A DNA stretch of 64,000 nucleotides from Escherichia phage teqdroes: the sequence record NC_054932.1. One strand, written 5' to 3'. A program made the position numbers and the translations under genes. Below, in pieces: positions 22,566 to 31,935 of the stretch. The first letter of the stretch is position 1; every line of letters starts with the position of its first letter. Below the pieces are notes generated by a model. That model was not told the origin of the DNA, ran no database searches, and saw nothing but the letters and a program-made list of their open reading frames with translations.

Positions 22566-22909
22566 GTAATACGACAGCAGGCTTGCTATTAATTGTAATT
22601 GCATTGGGCGGAACTTCTTTAATTTTAAAAAATAAAATTGAAAGATTAGAAACGTCTGTTGTAGAAATTACAAAAACGGCCAATGAAAACGCTTTAGCAT
22701 TAAATAATTTGCGAATTCAGTATAATTATATTGATGCGATGAATAATAAAAATCGTGAGGCAATTGCTGCTATTGAGCGTGAAAATGAAAAACTGCGCAA
22801 AGACGCAAAGAAGGCGGATGTGGTGGCTCATAAGCCAGGATTGGTTGAAAAACAAATCAACAACTCCTTCAACAAGTTCGCAGAAGACATCCAGGACCTT
22901 TCTAAATGA
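22556..22909 (+). CDS. i-spanin (inner-membrane spanin, PseT.3-like), 117 aa
   Basis: N-terminal TM helix (LLLIVIALGGTSLIL) followed by coiled-coil-like region; immediately upstream of a lipoprotein ORF. Confidence 0.75.
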   Translation: MQLSNTTAGLLLIVIALGGTSLILKNKIERLETSVVEITKTANENALALNNLRIQYNYIDAMNNKNREAIAAIERENEKLRKDAKKADVVAHKPGLVEKQINNSFNKFAEDIQDLSK

Positions 22910-23205
22910 TTAAACTATCAACAGTAATATTATCTATTGGTCTTCTAGTTGGTTGTTCGACAAAGCCTCTAGAAGTAAAGAAAGAAACAGTTCATCCTAA
23001 TTGGCCTGTACAAATAAAGTCATATGATGAAGCTAAACTATCTTGGCAAGTTAAAGTTATTGATGGTAAAGCTTGGGTCGGTATGCCATTTGAAGATTCC
23101 CAGGAATTTCGCATTTGGCTTAATGATGTAAAACGATATGTACATGATCAGAAAACTATGATATGTTATTATCGTCAAGAGTTAAAAGAGGATAAATGCA
23201 AATGA
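22906..23205 (+). CDS. o-spanin (outer-membrane lipoprotein spanin, PseT.2-like), 99 aa
   Basis: Signal peptide with lipobox LLVGC; adjacent to i-spanin. Confidence 0.75.
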   Translation: MIKLSTVILSIGLLVGCSTKPLEVKKETVHPNWPVQIKSYDEAKLSWQVKVIDGKAWVGMPFEDSQEFRIWLNDVKRYVHDQKTMICYYRQELKEDKCK

Positions 23206-23426
23206 TTTCATGGCATCAATTTGAACATCTCAAAGGATTGATTTATGAATCCGAGATGGCTGCAATGATTTATGGACGCCAGATTCAACGGTTAGAATCT
23301 TTACCTCCAACTAATGATGTTTTATTAGCTCAATCTCGGGCTAATCTTAAAAATGAATACCAAAATAAGTGGGGTAAAGCATCTAAAGACTTGCATGATT
23401 ATATTCAATCATTGGTTGAGAAATAA
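23196..23426 (+). CDS. Hypothetical protein, 76 aa
   Basis: ORF track; operon context. Confidence 0.5.
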   Translation: MQMISWHQFEHLKGLIYESEMAAMIYGRQIQRLESLPPTNDVLLAQSRANLKNEYQNKWGKASKDLHDYIQSLVEK

Positions 23427-23429
23427 TAA

Positions 23430-24654
<1,225 letters not shown>

Positions 24655-24655
<1 letters not shown>

Positions 24656-24852
24656 TGGCGTGGCATCATGAAACTTGGTCTATTGTTATTGTAAATAGTG
24701 GTTTAGTTGGTACTAGTAATGGGCAATTTTGTGTATTCACTAGTGAAATAAGAGCTTGGGAGGAATGCCTTAAATTAAGAGAAAAGAATCCTGATATTGA
24801 ACTAACAGTAAAGAAAACTAAACTACCTTTACCATGGAAAACTTATGAATAA
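24655..24852 (+). CDS. Hypothetical protein, 65 aa
   Basis: ATG overlapping pseT stop (TAATG); track alternative start at 24625. Confidence 0.45.
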
Positions 24853-25045
24853 TATAGAAAAGATTTATCGTCTTTGTGATAAAATTGAAAAAGAAAAGAA
24901 ATATCTATTTTGTTTATGGCCTATTGTTGATGGAAGAGTAGGCTTAGATGTTCTTGATTATGAAACAGAAGACAAAGTAGATGGTTCAACTTTTGATAAT
25001 GCGTTGGATGTTATTGATTGGCTTGAAGAAAATTATGTGAGGTAA
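24845..25045 (+). CDS. Hypothetical protein, 66 aa
   Basis: ORF track. Confidence 0.5.
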   Translation: MNNIEKIYRLCDKIEKEKKYLFCLWPIVDGRVGLDVLDYETEDKVDGSTFDNALDVIDWLEENYVR

Positions 25046-25047
25046 AT

Positions 25048-25323
25048 ATGTTTCCGACTTATTCTAAAATCGTAGAAGTAGTGTTTAGTCAAATTATTGC
25101 TAATAATATGTTTGAAAAGCTTGATAACGCAGCTGAGCTTCGAATTCATGCTCAAGTGACTCATGTATTGAACACTTTGCTTCCAGACCAGGTGGATTCT
25201 ATTGCCATTACGCTGTATCCAGGTTCTGCGCATATCATTGTCGTATTTGGTCTTGATGCTGAGCTAGTCATCAAAGGCGATATTCGCTTTGAATCACAGA
25301 CATCAGAATTCAAGGCAATTTAA
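25048..25323 (+). CDS. Hypothetical protein, 91 aa
   Basis: ORF track. Confidence 0.5.
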   Translation: MFPTYSKIVEVVFSQIIANNMFEKLDNAAELRIHAQVTHVLNTLLPDQVDSIAITLYPGSAHIIVVFGLDAELVIKGDIRFESQTSEFKAI

Positions 25324-25325
25324 CA

Positions 25326-25355
25326 GTTTACTTTACGGTAGAGTTGTGATATTAT
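25326..25355 (+). promoter_or_regulatory. Early promoter (GTTTAC-N18-TATTAT)
   Basis: GTTTAC 25326-25331, TATTAT 25350-25355; GGTAGAG...CTCTACC dyad around -10. Confidence 0.55.
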
Positions 25356-25385
25356 AGCTCTACCAAAACAAATGAGGAAATTGAA

Positions 25386-25913
25386 ATGAGCAAATGGTTT
25401 GAAGAAGATAAGGTTTATCACTTTAAAGCTGGATATAAAGATATTTTTAATGAAACTTGCGGGGCTAATAAACGAATTTCTCAGTTTATTGGGGAAAATT
25501 CATTTAAAGTAAAAATAGATCCTGCGAAAAATGTTATTAGCATTAAACGCGAAATTGACGATTGCTGGTATAAAGCTGTTGATGTAATGGGCGAATCTTA
25601 TAAAGATAGCCCGCTATTTTCAATTACTTATATGTCAGAATATTATTTTTTCGAAGAAGTTCAAAAAGATGACTCTATCAGTAAATTTGAAATTAAAACT
25701 GATAAAGAAATTAAGTGGAAAGTAGTAGGTATTACTGGTTGTATGTTTTATATCTATGCTCAAACTGATACGAAGGAAGAAGCTAAAAAGAAAGCTCTAG
25801 AATATCTTGAAGAGCATGAAGAAGGCCCGGTAATGATTACCCAAGATGCCGAATTAGTTTCTGTCAAATTAGTTAAAAACGTTGAAAGTAAGGAGCTGGG
25901 ATCAACATGCTAA
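25386..25913 (+). CDS. Hypothetical protein, 175 aa
   Basis: ORF track; SD GAGGAAA; downstream of early promoter 25326-25355. Confidence 0.6.
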   Translation: MSKWFEEDKVYHFKAGYKDIFNETCGANKRISQFIGENSFKVKIDPAKNVISIKREIDDCWYKAVDVMGESYKDSPLFSITYMSEYYFFEEVQKDDSISKFEIKTDKEIKWKVVGITGCMFYIYAQTDTKEEAKKKALEYLEEHEEGPVMITQDAELVSVKLVKNVESKELGSTC

Positions 25914-26143
25914 GTGAAAAACCAATTACTGTTAAAGAATTCCAAGAAAAAGTTAAACTATTTGCTCAGGAATTGGTAAATAAGGTTTCTGAACGATTTC
26001 CAGAAACATCGGTTCGTGTTATTACCGAAACTCCTCGTTCAGTATTAGTAATTGTGAATCCAGGTGATGGTGACCAAATAACACATCTTAAACTGGATTT
26101 TGATGGATTAGTTGAAGCACAAAGGGTGTATGGCGTACTATGA
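25907..26143 (+). CDS. Hypothetical protein, 78 aa
   Basis: ORF track; translationally coupled. Confidence 0.5.
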   Translation: MLSEKPITVKEFQEKVKLFAQELVNKVSERFPETSVRVITETPRSVLVIVNPGDGDQITHLKLDFDGLVEAQRVYGVL

Positions 26144-26478
26144 TGAATTTAACTGATATAATTGATAATTGTCTTGAAAATGATACTGGCGATCATAGAG
26201 CGCTTGATTCTGAAACAGCACAGTTCATTAGAATAACTTTAATGAATGATACTCTAGTGAATAGTATTCATCCTTCTGTGTATGATGCTATTATTGTGAC
26301 GAAATATCCAGTTGAGCTTCACAAAAAGATGGCTGGTGCAATTTTTATTGATAAGAAAAACCGCTTTAAAGATGGGCAGAATATAATTAGTTCTGTTATT
26401 AAAAGTATAACTAAACTTCGTCACGAAATTTATCGTGTTGAAACTGCTAAATCTGCTTATCTGGTGATTATGAAATGA
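26140..26478 (+). CDS. Hypothetical protein, 112 aa
   Basis: ORF track; stop overlaps cd start. Confidence 0.55.
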   Translation: MMNLTDIIDNCLENDTGDHRALDSETAQFIRITLMNDTLVNSIHPSVYDAIIVTKYPVELHKKMAGAIFIDKKNRFKDGQNIISSVIKSITKLRHEIYRVETAKSAYLVIMK

Positions 26479-27056
26479 AAGCGAGTACAGTACTTCAAAT
26501 TGCATATTTAGTATCACAAGAATCAAAATGTTGCTCCTGGAAGGTAGGAGCAGTAATTGAAAAGAATGGACGTATTATTTCTACCGGATATAACGGTTCT
26601 CCGGCAGGTGGTGTGAATTGCTGCGATTATGCTGCCGAGCAAGGTTGGTTGTTGAATAAACCTAAACATACTATCATTCAAGGTCATAAGCCTGAATGTG
26701 TATCATTTGGTTCAACTGATCGTTTTGTCTTGGCGAAAGAACATCGTAATGCTCACTCTGAATGGTCGTCTAAAAATGAAATTCATGCTGAACTAAATGC
26801 GATTTTGTTTGCTGCACGAAACGGTTCTTCTATTGAAGGTGCTACTATGTATGTAACACTTTCTCCTTGTCCAGATTGCGCAAAAGCGATAGCTCAATCT
26901 GGTATTAAAAAGCTGGTTTATTGCGAAACATATGATAAAAATAAACCTGGCTGGGATGATATTCTGCGAAATGCAGGTATTGAAGTGTTTAATGTTCCCA
27001 AGAAAAACTTGAATAAGTTAAACTGGGAAAATATCAACGAATTCTGTGGTGAATAA
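26475..27056 (+). CDS. cd: dCMP deaminase, 193 aa
   Basis: Zinc-dependent deaminase motifs HAELNA and PCPDC; length equals T4 Cd. Confidence 0.94.
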   Translation: MKASTVLQIAYLVSQESKCCSWKVGAVIEKNGRIISTGYNGSPAGGVNCCDYAAEQGWLLNKPKHTIIQGHKPECVSFGSTDRFVLAKEHRNAHSEWSSKNEIHAELNAILFAARNGSSIEGATMYVTLSPCPDCAKAIAQSGIKKLVYCETYDKNKPGWDDILRNAGIEVFNVPKKNLNKLNWENINEFCGE

Positions 27057-27292
27057 TGAAATTTCGTTTGGTAAAGCTCACAGCAATTAGTTCTTATTCT
27101 AACGAGAACATCTCATTTGCTGTAGAGTATAAGAAATATTTTTTCTCTAAATGGAAACAGTATTATAAAACTGATTGGACTAGTATTGATAGACCATATA
27201 GTTGGAAATCTGATTTAGAAAAATGCCAAAAATTACTTTCCACCCTTAAAGAACGTGGAACAACTCATATTAAAACTGTAATAGGTAAATAA
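27056..27292 (+). CDS. Hypothetical protein, 78 aa (31.2-like position)
   Basis: ORF track. Confidence 0.5.
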   Translation: MKFRLVKLTAISSYSNENISFAVEYKKYFFSKWKQYYKTDWTSIDRPYSWKSDLEKCQKLLSTLKERGTTHIKTVIGK

Positions 27293-27601
27293 ATGAAACT
27301 GACAACTGAGCAGAAAGTAGCAATTCGTGAAATTTTGAAAACTAAATTGTCCATGGGTATTTCAAACGTGGTTTTTGAAAAGTCTGATGGTACTATTCGT
27401 ACTATGAAAGGCACCCGTGATGCTGACTTTATGCCAACTATGCAAACCGGTAAATTGACTGAATCTACTCGGAAAGAATCTACTGATATGATTCCGATAT
27501 TTGATGTTGAACTCGGTGCATGGCGAGGTTTTTCTATTGACAAATTGATTTCCGTTAATGGCATGAAAGTTGAGCATTTGCTTCAATTTATTGGTAAATA
27601 A
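27293..27601 (+). CDS. Hypothetical protein, 102 aa (31.1-like position)
   Basis: ORF track. Confidence 0.55.
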   Translation: MKLTTEQKVAIREILKTKLSMGISNVVFEKSDGTIRTMKGTRDADFMPTMQTGKLTESTRKESTDMIPIFDVELGAWRGFSIDKLISVNGMKVEHLLQFIGK

Positions 27602-27602
27602 A

Positions 27603-27627
27603 TGCTTTAAGAATTATTTGTTATTAT
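27603..27627 (+). promoter_or_regulatory. MotA-dependent middle promoter upstream of gene 31
   Basis: MotA box TGCTTTA 27603-27609, 12-bp gap, TATTAT 27622-27627. Confidence 0.5.
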
Positions 27628-27657
27628 TAATTCATCTGTTAACAAAAAGGAAAAACG

Positions 27658-27993
27658 ATGTCTGAAGTACAACAGCTACCAATTCGTGCTGTCGGTGAAT
27701 ATGTTATTTTAGTTTCTGAACCTGCGCAAGCCGGTGATGAAGAAGTTACAGAATCAGGACTTATTATTGGTAAACGTGTCCAAGGTGAAGTTCCTGAACT
27801 GTGTGTAGTTCACTCTGTTGGTCCTGATGTTCCTGAAGGTTTCTGCGAAGTTGGTGATTTGACTTCTCTTCCAGTTGGTCAAATTCGAAACGTTCCGCAT
27901 CCTTTTGTAGCTCTAGGTCTTAAGCAGCCAAAAGAAATTAAACAAAAATTTGTTACCTGTCACTATAAAGCTATTCCGTGTCTTTATAAGTGA
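27658..27993 (+). CDS. 31: Co-chaperonin gp31 (GroES analogue for capsid folding), 111 aa
   Basis: [61 protein letters not shown]... recognised as T4 gp31. Confidence 0.95.
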
Positions 27994-28001
27994 TATAAAT
28001 A
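27994..28001 (+). promoter_or_regulatory. Late promoter motif (TATAAATA) upstream of rIII
   Basis: TATAAATA directly after gene 31 stop, ~120 bp upstream of rIII ATG. Confidence 0.5.
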
Positions 28002-28119
28002 ATAATATGAATTGAGTTTCAATTCTATGTGGTAGTCTACAACTGAGAGATCTGTCGAAAGAAGATGAAATTCAGAAGAACGTGACTACCGAGTTTTAAT
28101 CTCTAACGAGAATTTTTAA

Positions 28120-28368
28120 ATGATTAAACAATTACAACACGCTCTTGAACTGCAACGAAACGCATGGAATAATGGTCACGAAAACTATGGCGCATCTATT
28201 GATGCTGAAGCCGAAGCTCTTGAAATCCTGCGTTATTTCAAACATCTGAATCCTGCTCAAACTGCATTAGCTGCTGAGCTTCAGGAAAAAGATGAACTTA
28301 AATATGCTAAGCCTCTGGCTTCTGCCGCACGAAAAGCAGTTCGTCACTTTGTGGTAACACTGAAGTAA
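28120..28368 (+). CDS. rIII: rIII lysis-inhibition accessory protein, 82 aa
   Basis: MIKQLQHALELQRNAWNNGHENYGASID... recognised as T4 rIII; 82 aa. Confidence 0.9.
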   Translation: MIKQLQHALELQRNAWNNGHENYGASIDAEAEALEILRYFKHLNPAQTALAAELQEKDELKYAKPLASAARKAVRHFVVTLK

Positions 28369-28562
28369 TTTATTGGAGAGTCACTGCCTTAGTGTGAAGT
28401 TAAAACGAGGAGCCGTCGAACTTTGTTTTACGGTGTACCTCTTGAATGTTGACGAGGTTTATGGTTATCCTGTCGGTAAATATTCAAAACCTAAGTACCC
28501 CTTGAGGGCTTGCGCAGGCAATGCCAATAAGTCCTGCATTTTCATTTAAAAGAGAATTTATA

Positions 28563-28739
28563 ATGGCAAAACAAGCTAAAGCAAAGAAAGCAGTTGAAAA
28601 GAAAGTTGGTGATTCTAAACGCGCTGGTTACAAGCGTGGGTCGAACTCTCGTATCAATCAAACTGTTGAGAAGATCATGCGCCGAGCACGTGCGGTTCTT
28701 CGAGATGATGCTTCTCGTTTTGGTAAGCAGAAAGCATAA
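28563..28739 (+). CDS. Small basic protein, 58 aa (30.9-like position)
   Basis: ATG at 28563 (MAKQAKAKKAVEKKVGDSKRAGYKRG...); track alternative start 28521; followed by UUCG hairpin terminator. Confidence 0.5.
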   Translation: MAKQAKAKKAVEKKVGDSKRAGYKRGSNSRINQTVEKIMRRARAVLRDDASRFGKQKA

Positions 28740-28742
28740 GTT

Positions 28743-28772
28743 AAGGACTCCTTCGGGAGTCCTTTTTATTTT
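28743..28772 (+). terminator. Intrinsic terminator (UUCG tetraloop hairpin + U-run)
   Basis: AGGACUCC-UUCG-GGAGUCCU followed by UUUUAUUUU. Confidence 0.75.
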
Positions 28773-28791
28773 CCAAAGATTGCACAAAGTT

Positions 28792-28821
28792 GTTTACAGT
28801 ATGGCTCCTTTGTGATAGTAT
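28792..28821 (+). promoter_or_regulatory. Early promoter (GTTTAC-N18-TAGTAT)
   Basis: GTTTAC 28792-28797, TAGTAT 28816-28821; inverted repeat CTCCTTTGTG...CAAAGGAG overlaps the downstream SD. Confidence 0.55.
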
Positions 28822-28848
28822 TATCTTACACAAACAAAGGAGAATAAA

Positions 28849-29217
28849 ATGAAAATCAATCTTAACTCATACATCAAAGGTAAAGACCACGACGGCTATA
28901 AAGCTATCGAAACTAAAGAACTTCAGTGGCACTTATACAAAGAACAATTTGAATTTGTAGGTTGCATGACTCCTGAAGGTCCTTCTGATGATTTCTCTTG
29001 GAAAATAATGTTAACTAACTTTTTTACTGGAGATACATACGAATTAAAAACTTTGATTCTTGGTAAAATTCGCTGTGAGACTTATGAAGATAAAGAAACT
29101 GGTTACTCTGAAGATGTTACGTGGTATCAAAATGGTCGTATTACCGCTGACCTCTTGATTGAAAAAATGAAAGCCAAAGGTGAATTAAATTTAGATAATT
29201 GGATTAAAGTTGCATAA
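28849..29217 (+). CDS. Hypothetical protein, 122 aa
   Basis: ORF track; SD AAGGAG; downstream of early promoter 28792-28821. Confidence 0.6.
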   Translation: MKINLNSYIKGKDHDGYKAIETKELQWHLYKEQFEFVGCMTPEGPSDDFSWKIMLTNFFTGDTYELKTLILGKIRCETYEDKETGYSEDVTWYQNGRITADLLIEKMKAKGELNLDNWIKVA

Positions 29218-29221
29218 AATA

Positions 29222-29250
29222 GTTTACTTTGGTACAGGATATGATATTAT
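29222..29250 (+). promoter_or_regulatory. Early promoter (GTTTAC-N17-TATTAT)
   Basis: GTTTAC 29222-29227, TATTAT 29245-29250; GGTACAGG...CCTGTACC dyad. Confidence 0.55.
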
Positions 29251-29287
29251 ATACCTGTACCGCAATTAAACATCTTGGAGAATAAAA

Positions 29288-29653
29288 ATGAATTACATCA
29301 ACTTTGAACGTAAATATGTTTCTAACGGTATTGCAGGTTCTATTGATACTATCTGCCTTTGGAAACATCAAAATGGATCAGTATGCGAAATTGAACAGTA
29401 TATGACTCCTAACTACGTTTATATGCGATTTGAAAATGGCATCACGGTTTCAATCACGAAAGAAGGTTCTTCTTTTAAAATCGCATTGGATGATGATTTT
29501 CGTCAACGCGATTTAGGGACTCATCCTTGCTGGAATGGCGTTAATCGCAAGCTTCTGGTTAAAACTTGGATTCGTCATATTCTGAGTAACAGAGCTAAAC
29601 CTGAGCATCTTGAAGCAATCTTTGATGTAGTTCTTAACGAATTTGATATTTAA
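29288..29653 (+). CDS. Hypothetical protein, 121 aa
   Basis: ORF track; SD GGAGA; downstream of early promoter 29222-29250. Confidence 0.6.
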   Translation: MNYINFERKYVSNGIAGSIDTICLWKHQNGSVCEIEQYMTPNYVYMRFENGITVSITKEGSSFKIALDDDFRQRDLGTHPCWNGVNRKLLVKTWIRHILSNRAKPEHLEAIFDVVLNEFDI

Positions 29654-29662
29654 AATAAAATG

Positions 29663-29679
29663 AGGGGCTTCGGCCCCTT
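29663..29679 (+). other. Intercistronic UUCG tetraloop hairpin
   Basis: GAGGGGC-UUCG-GCCCCUU. Confidence 0.55.
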
Positions 29680-29694
29680 ACTGAGGTAAATACT

Positions 29695-29982
29695 ATGTTT
29701 ATGACTACTTATTTTGATACCCGCAAAAATTTCTGTGAAGTGGTTTTCTCTAAGGCACCTAAAGACCTTCCTGCTCATTTGCAGCCTACTAGTGAATCGA
29801 TTAAAAACTATGTTAATATAGTCTGCCCTTTAGAGTTCCGTACTGTAAATGGCCGCGATACTTTAGCTATCACTAAACTTAATCGTGAAATTGACATTGA
29901 CCCTTCAATTGCGCGTGAAATTAACATTTCTGATATTGGCGGCGGTAATGTTAAATCGCATGGTTTTCAGATGAGGTTCTAA
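29695..29982 (+). CDS. Hypothetical protein, 95 aa
   Basis: ORF track. Confidence 0.55.
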   Translation: MFMTTYFDTRKNFCEVVFSKAPKDLPAHLQPTSESIKNYVNIVCPLEFRTVNGRDTLAITKLNREIDIDPSIAREINISDIGGGNVKSHGFQMRF

Positions 29983-30179
29983 TGAAATTCTTTTTAGGTC
30001 AAACTGTTGAATTAAAGGGAGTTGGTATACCTGGATTAATTTCTAAGGTTCTACCTCCATTTAAATGGAGTGGTATTCAAATAAAAGAGGCTTATATTGT
30101 TTCCTGGGTAGATGGAAATGAAGACCTTCGTATGGGTGATGAATTATCTCCTATCTACGGATTAAAGGAATTAGTATGA
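29982..30179 (+). CDS. Hypothetical protein, 65 aa
   Basis: ORF track; ATGA coupling. Confidence 0.5.
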   Translation: MKFFLGQTVELKGVGIPGLISKVLPPFKWSGIQIKEAYIVSWVDGNEDLRMGDELSPIYGLKELV

Positions 30180-30382
30180 ATATAATTAATAAGATTTTTG
30201 GAATTCAGTACATTAAGGTCACATATAAAGTAACAGATAAAAATCCGTATACTGATGAACACGAAGAACCACAAGTTAAGTCTATTATATTAGAAAAGGA
30301 CCCTAACTGGCCAGTTGAATTTCGTCTTCCTTGCTATGGTCATTGGGCTGATGTTGAAATTATAAGTATTGAAAATGTCTGA
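30176..30382 (+). CDS. Hypothetical protein, 68 aa
   Basis: ORF track; ATGA coupling. Confidence 0.5.
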   Translation: MNIINKIFGIQYIKVTYKVTDKNPYTDEHEEPQVKSIILEKDPNWPVEFRLPCYGHWADVEIISIENV

Positions 30383-30833
30383 GCTAGAGATAAGAAGCAA
30401 TTTTAGATGGCCATCATGTGCATTAAGTAATTTCGCCCAATGGCCTTTCGTTATGGATGGTATTCAATTTGGAGGTCTTGAAGGATTCCTCCAAGGGTGT
30501 AAGGTGAAAAATGTTGAACAACAACGTCGTATATTTGGGTTATCCGGGCTTGCCGCCCAACAAGCTGGAAGGTCTTATGCTAGAGCTCAGGACCGTGGGA
30601 CCCTCTTCTGGCTTGGAGTTCCGTTTTCAAGATACTCCCCGGCGTGGAAAGAATTATACACAAATGCATATTTTGAAGCAGCGATCCAAAACAAGGGCTT
30701 TCGTGATGCATTACAAGCCTCGAAAGGAAAAGTTTTGAAGCACAGCATGGCTAGTGGTCTAACAAAAGATGATACAATACTAACCGAAGCTGAATTTATT
30801 GATGTGTTAAATCTATTAAGAGACTCTCTATGA
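30369..30833 (+). CDS. NADAR / YbiA-like (DUF1768) domain protein, 154 aa (30.3-like)
   Basis: Motif LSNFAQWPF...GIQF...LEGFLQGCK and C-terminal TEAEFIDVLNLLRDSL resemble E. coli YbiA family signature (SNFA.WP...E..FQA.K) as recalled from memory. Confidence 0.65.
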   Translation: MKMSELEIRSNFRWPSCALSNFAQWPFVMDGIQFGGLEGFLQGCKVKNVEQQRRIFGLSGLAAQQAGRSYARAQDRGTLFWLGVPFSRYSPAWKELYTNAYFEAAIQNKGFRDALQASKGKVLKHSMASGLTKDDTILTEAEFIDVLNLLRDSL

Positions 30834-31666
30834 AGCCTACTATTTTAACTGATATTGATGGAGTATGTTTAAGCTGGCAATCAGGCCTTCCTTATTTTGC
30901 TCAGAAATATAATCTTCCGTTAGAACATATTTTAAAAATGATCCAAGATGAGAAATTTATTTCTCCGGGTAAACTCTTTAATTGCGATGAAGAACTTGGC
31001 GTCAAGTTAATTGAAAAATACAATCGTTCAGATTTTATTCGTTATTTGTCTCCATATAAAGACGCCCTGTGCGTAATTAACAAATTAAAAGAAGATTATA
31101 ATTTTGTAGCTGTTACAGCGTTGGGTGATTCTATTGACGCTCTGTTGAATCGTCAATTTAATTTGAATGCTCTTTTTCCTGGTGCCTTCTCAGAAGTAAT
31201 GATGTGTGGTCATGATTCTTCAAAAGAAGAGTTGTTCAAAAAGGCAAAAGAGAAATATAACGTAATTTGTTATATTGACGATCTCGCTCACCACTGCGAT
31301 CATGCGAGTGAAATATTACGTGTTCCTGTGTATTGGATGGCTCGAGGGGAACGTGACAGTATTCCAAAAACCGCTCAGCGAGTTTATACATGGAACGATG
31401 TAGAGAATAAGCTTTTTTCACCAAAGGAAAATAAAGAAAGTTTTGATAGTGAAAAAGCTATAAAAGATGTAATTGAAAAGATGATTAAAAATGATTCTTT
31501 TCGTTGGAACACTACCTGGAGAACTCCTGGATTTAATCCTTATAATCCATATCATCCATATCAGACACATCCGTTTCAGACATGGAACTATATTAAACCT
31601 GGTGGCATAGAGTATTTGTATAATAGACCTACTAGTGGTGATAATATTTTCCAAGGAGCATTCTAA
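30830..31666 (+). CDS. HAD-superfamily hydrolase / nucleotidase-like protein, 278 aa (30.2-like)
   Basis: N-terminal motif I TDIDGV (DxDG), later acidic motif YIDDL; aromatic/Pro-rich C-terminal tail (NPYNPYHPYQTHPFQTWNY). Confidence 0.6.
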   Translation: MKPTILTDIDGVCLSWQSGLPYFAQKYNLPLEHILKMIQDEKFISPGKLFNCDEELGVKLIEKYNRSDFIRYLSPYKDALCVINKLKEDYNFVAVTALGDSIDALLNRQFNLNALFPGAFSEVMMCGHDSSKEELFKKAKEKYNVICYIDDLAHHCDHASEILRVPVYWMARGERDSIPKTAQRVYTWNDVENKLFSPKENKESFDSEKAIKDVIEKMIKNDSFRWNTTWRTPGFNPYNPYHPYQTHPFQTWNYIKPGGIEYLYNRPTSGDNIFQGAF

Positions 31667-31935
31667 TGTTTGTTGTTCACACTATTTATGAAAATGAAGG
31701 TAATACTACACGTGATTACGGTCACGTAAATCAATTTTTTAGATGCAATCCAGAATTCCGAGCTCAAAAAGACGAACGAATTTTTAAAAAATGTGTAGAG
31801 CAAGGTTTCATTTACGTCAAACACTGGATGCAAGGAAATAAAGTTAGAACCACGTACCATAGGTCTTTGACTGAGCTTAATGATGAATTGATTTATAATA
31901 GAGCTGTAAACCAAACTCTAAAGGATGAACAATGA
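31666..31935 (+). CDS. Hypothetical protein, 89 aa (30.1-like position)
   Basis: ORF track; coupled to gene 30. Confidence 0.5.
   Translation: MFVVHTIYENEGNTTRDYGHVNQFFRCNPEFRAQKDERIFKKCVEQGFIYVKHWMQGNKVRTTYHRSLTELNDELIYNRAVNQTLKDEQ

Noticed and set aside
27995-28119. Possible small RNA between gene 31 and rIII (imperfect long-range stem GTGGTAGTC...GACTACC)
   Set aside because: Only a short imperfect stem; more simply the rIII leader downstream of a TATAAATA motif; no evidence for an independent RNA gene.
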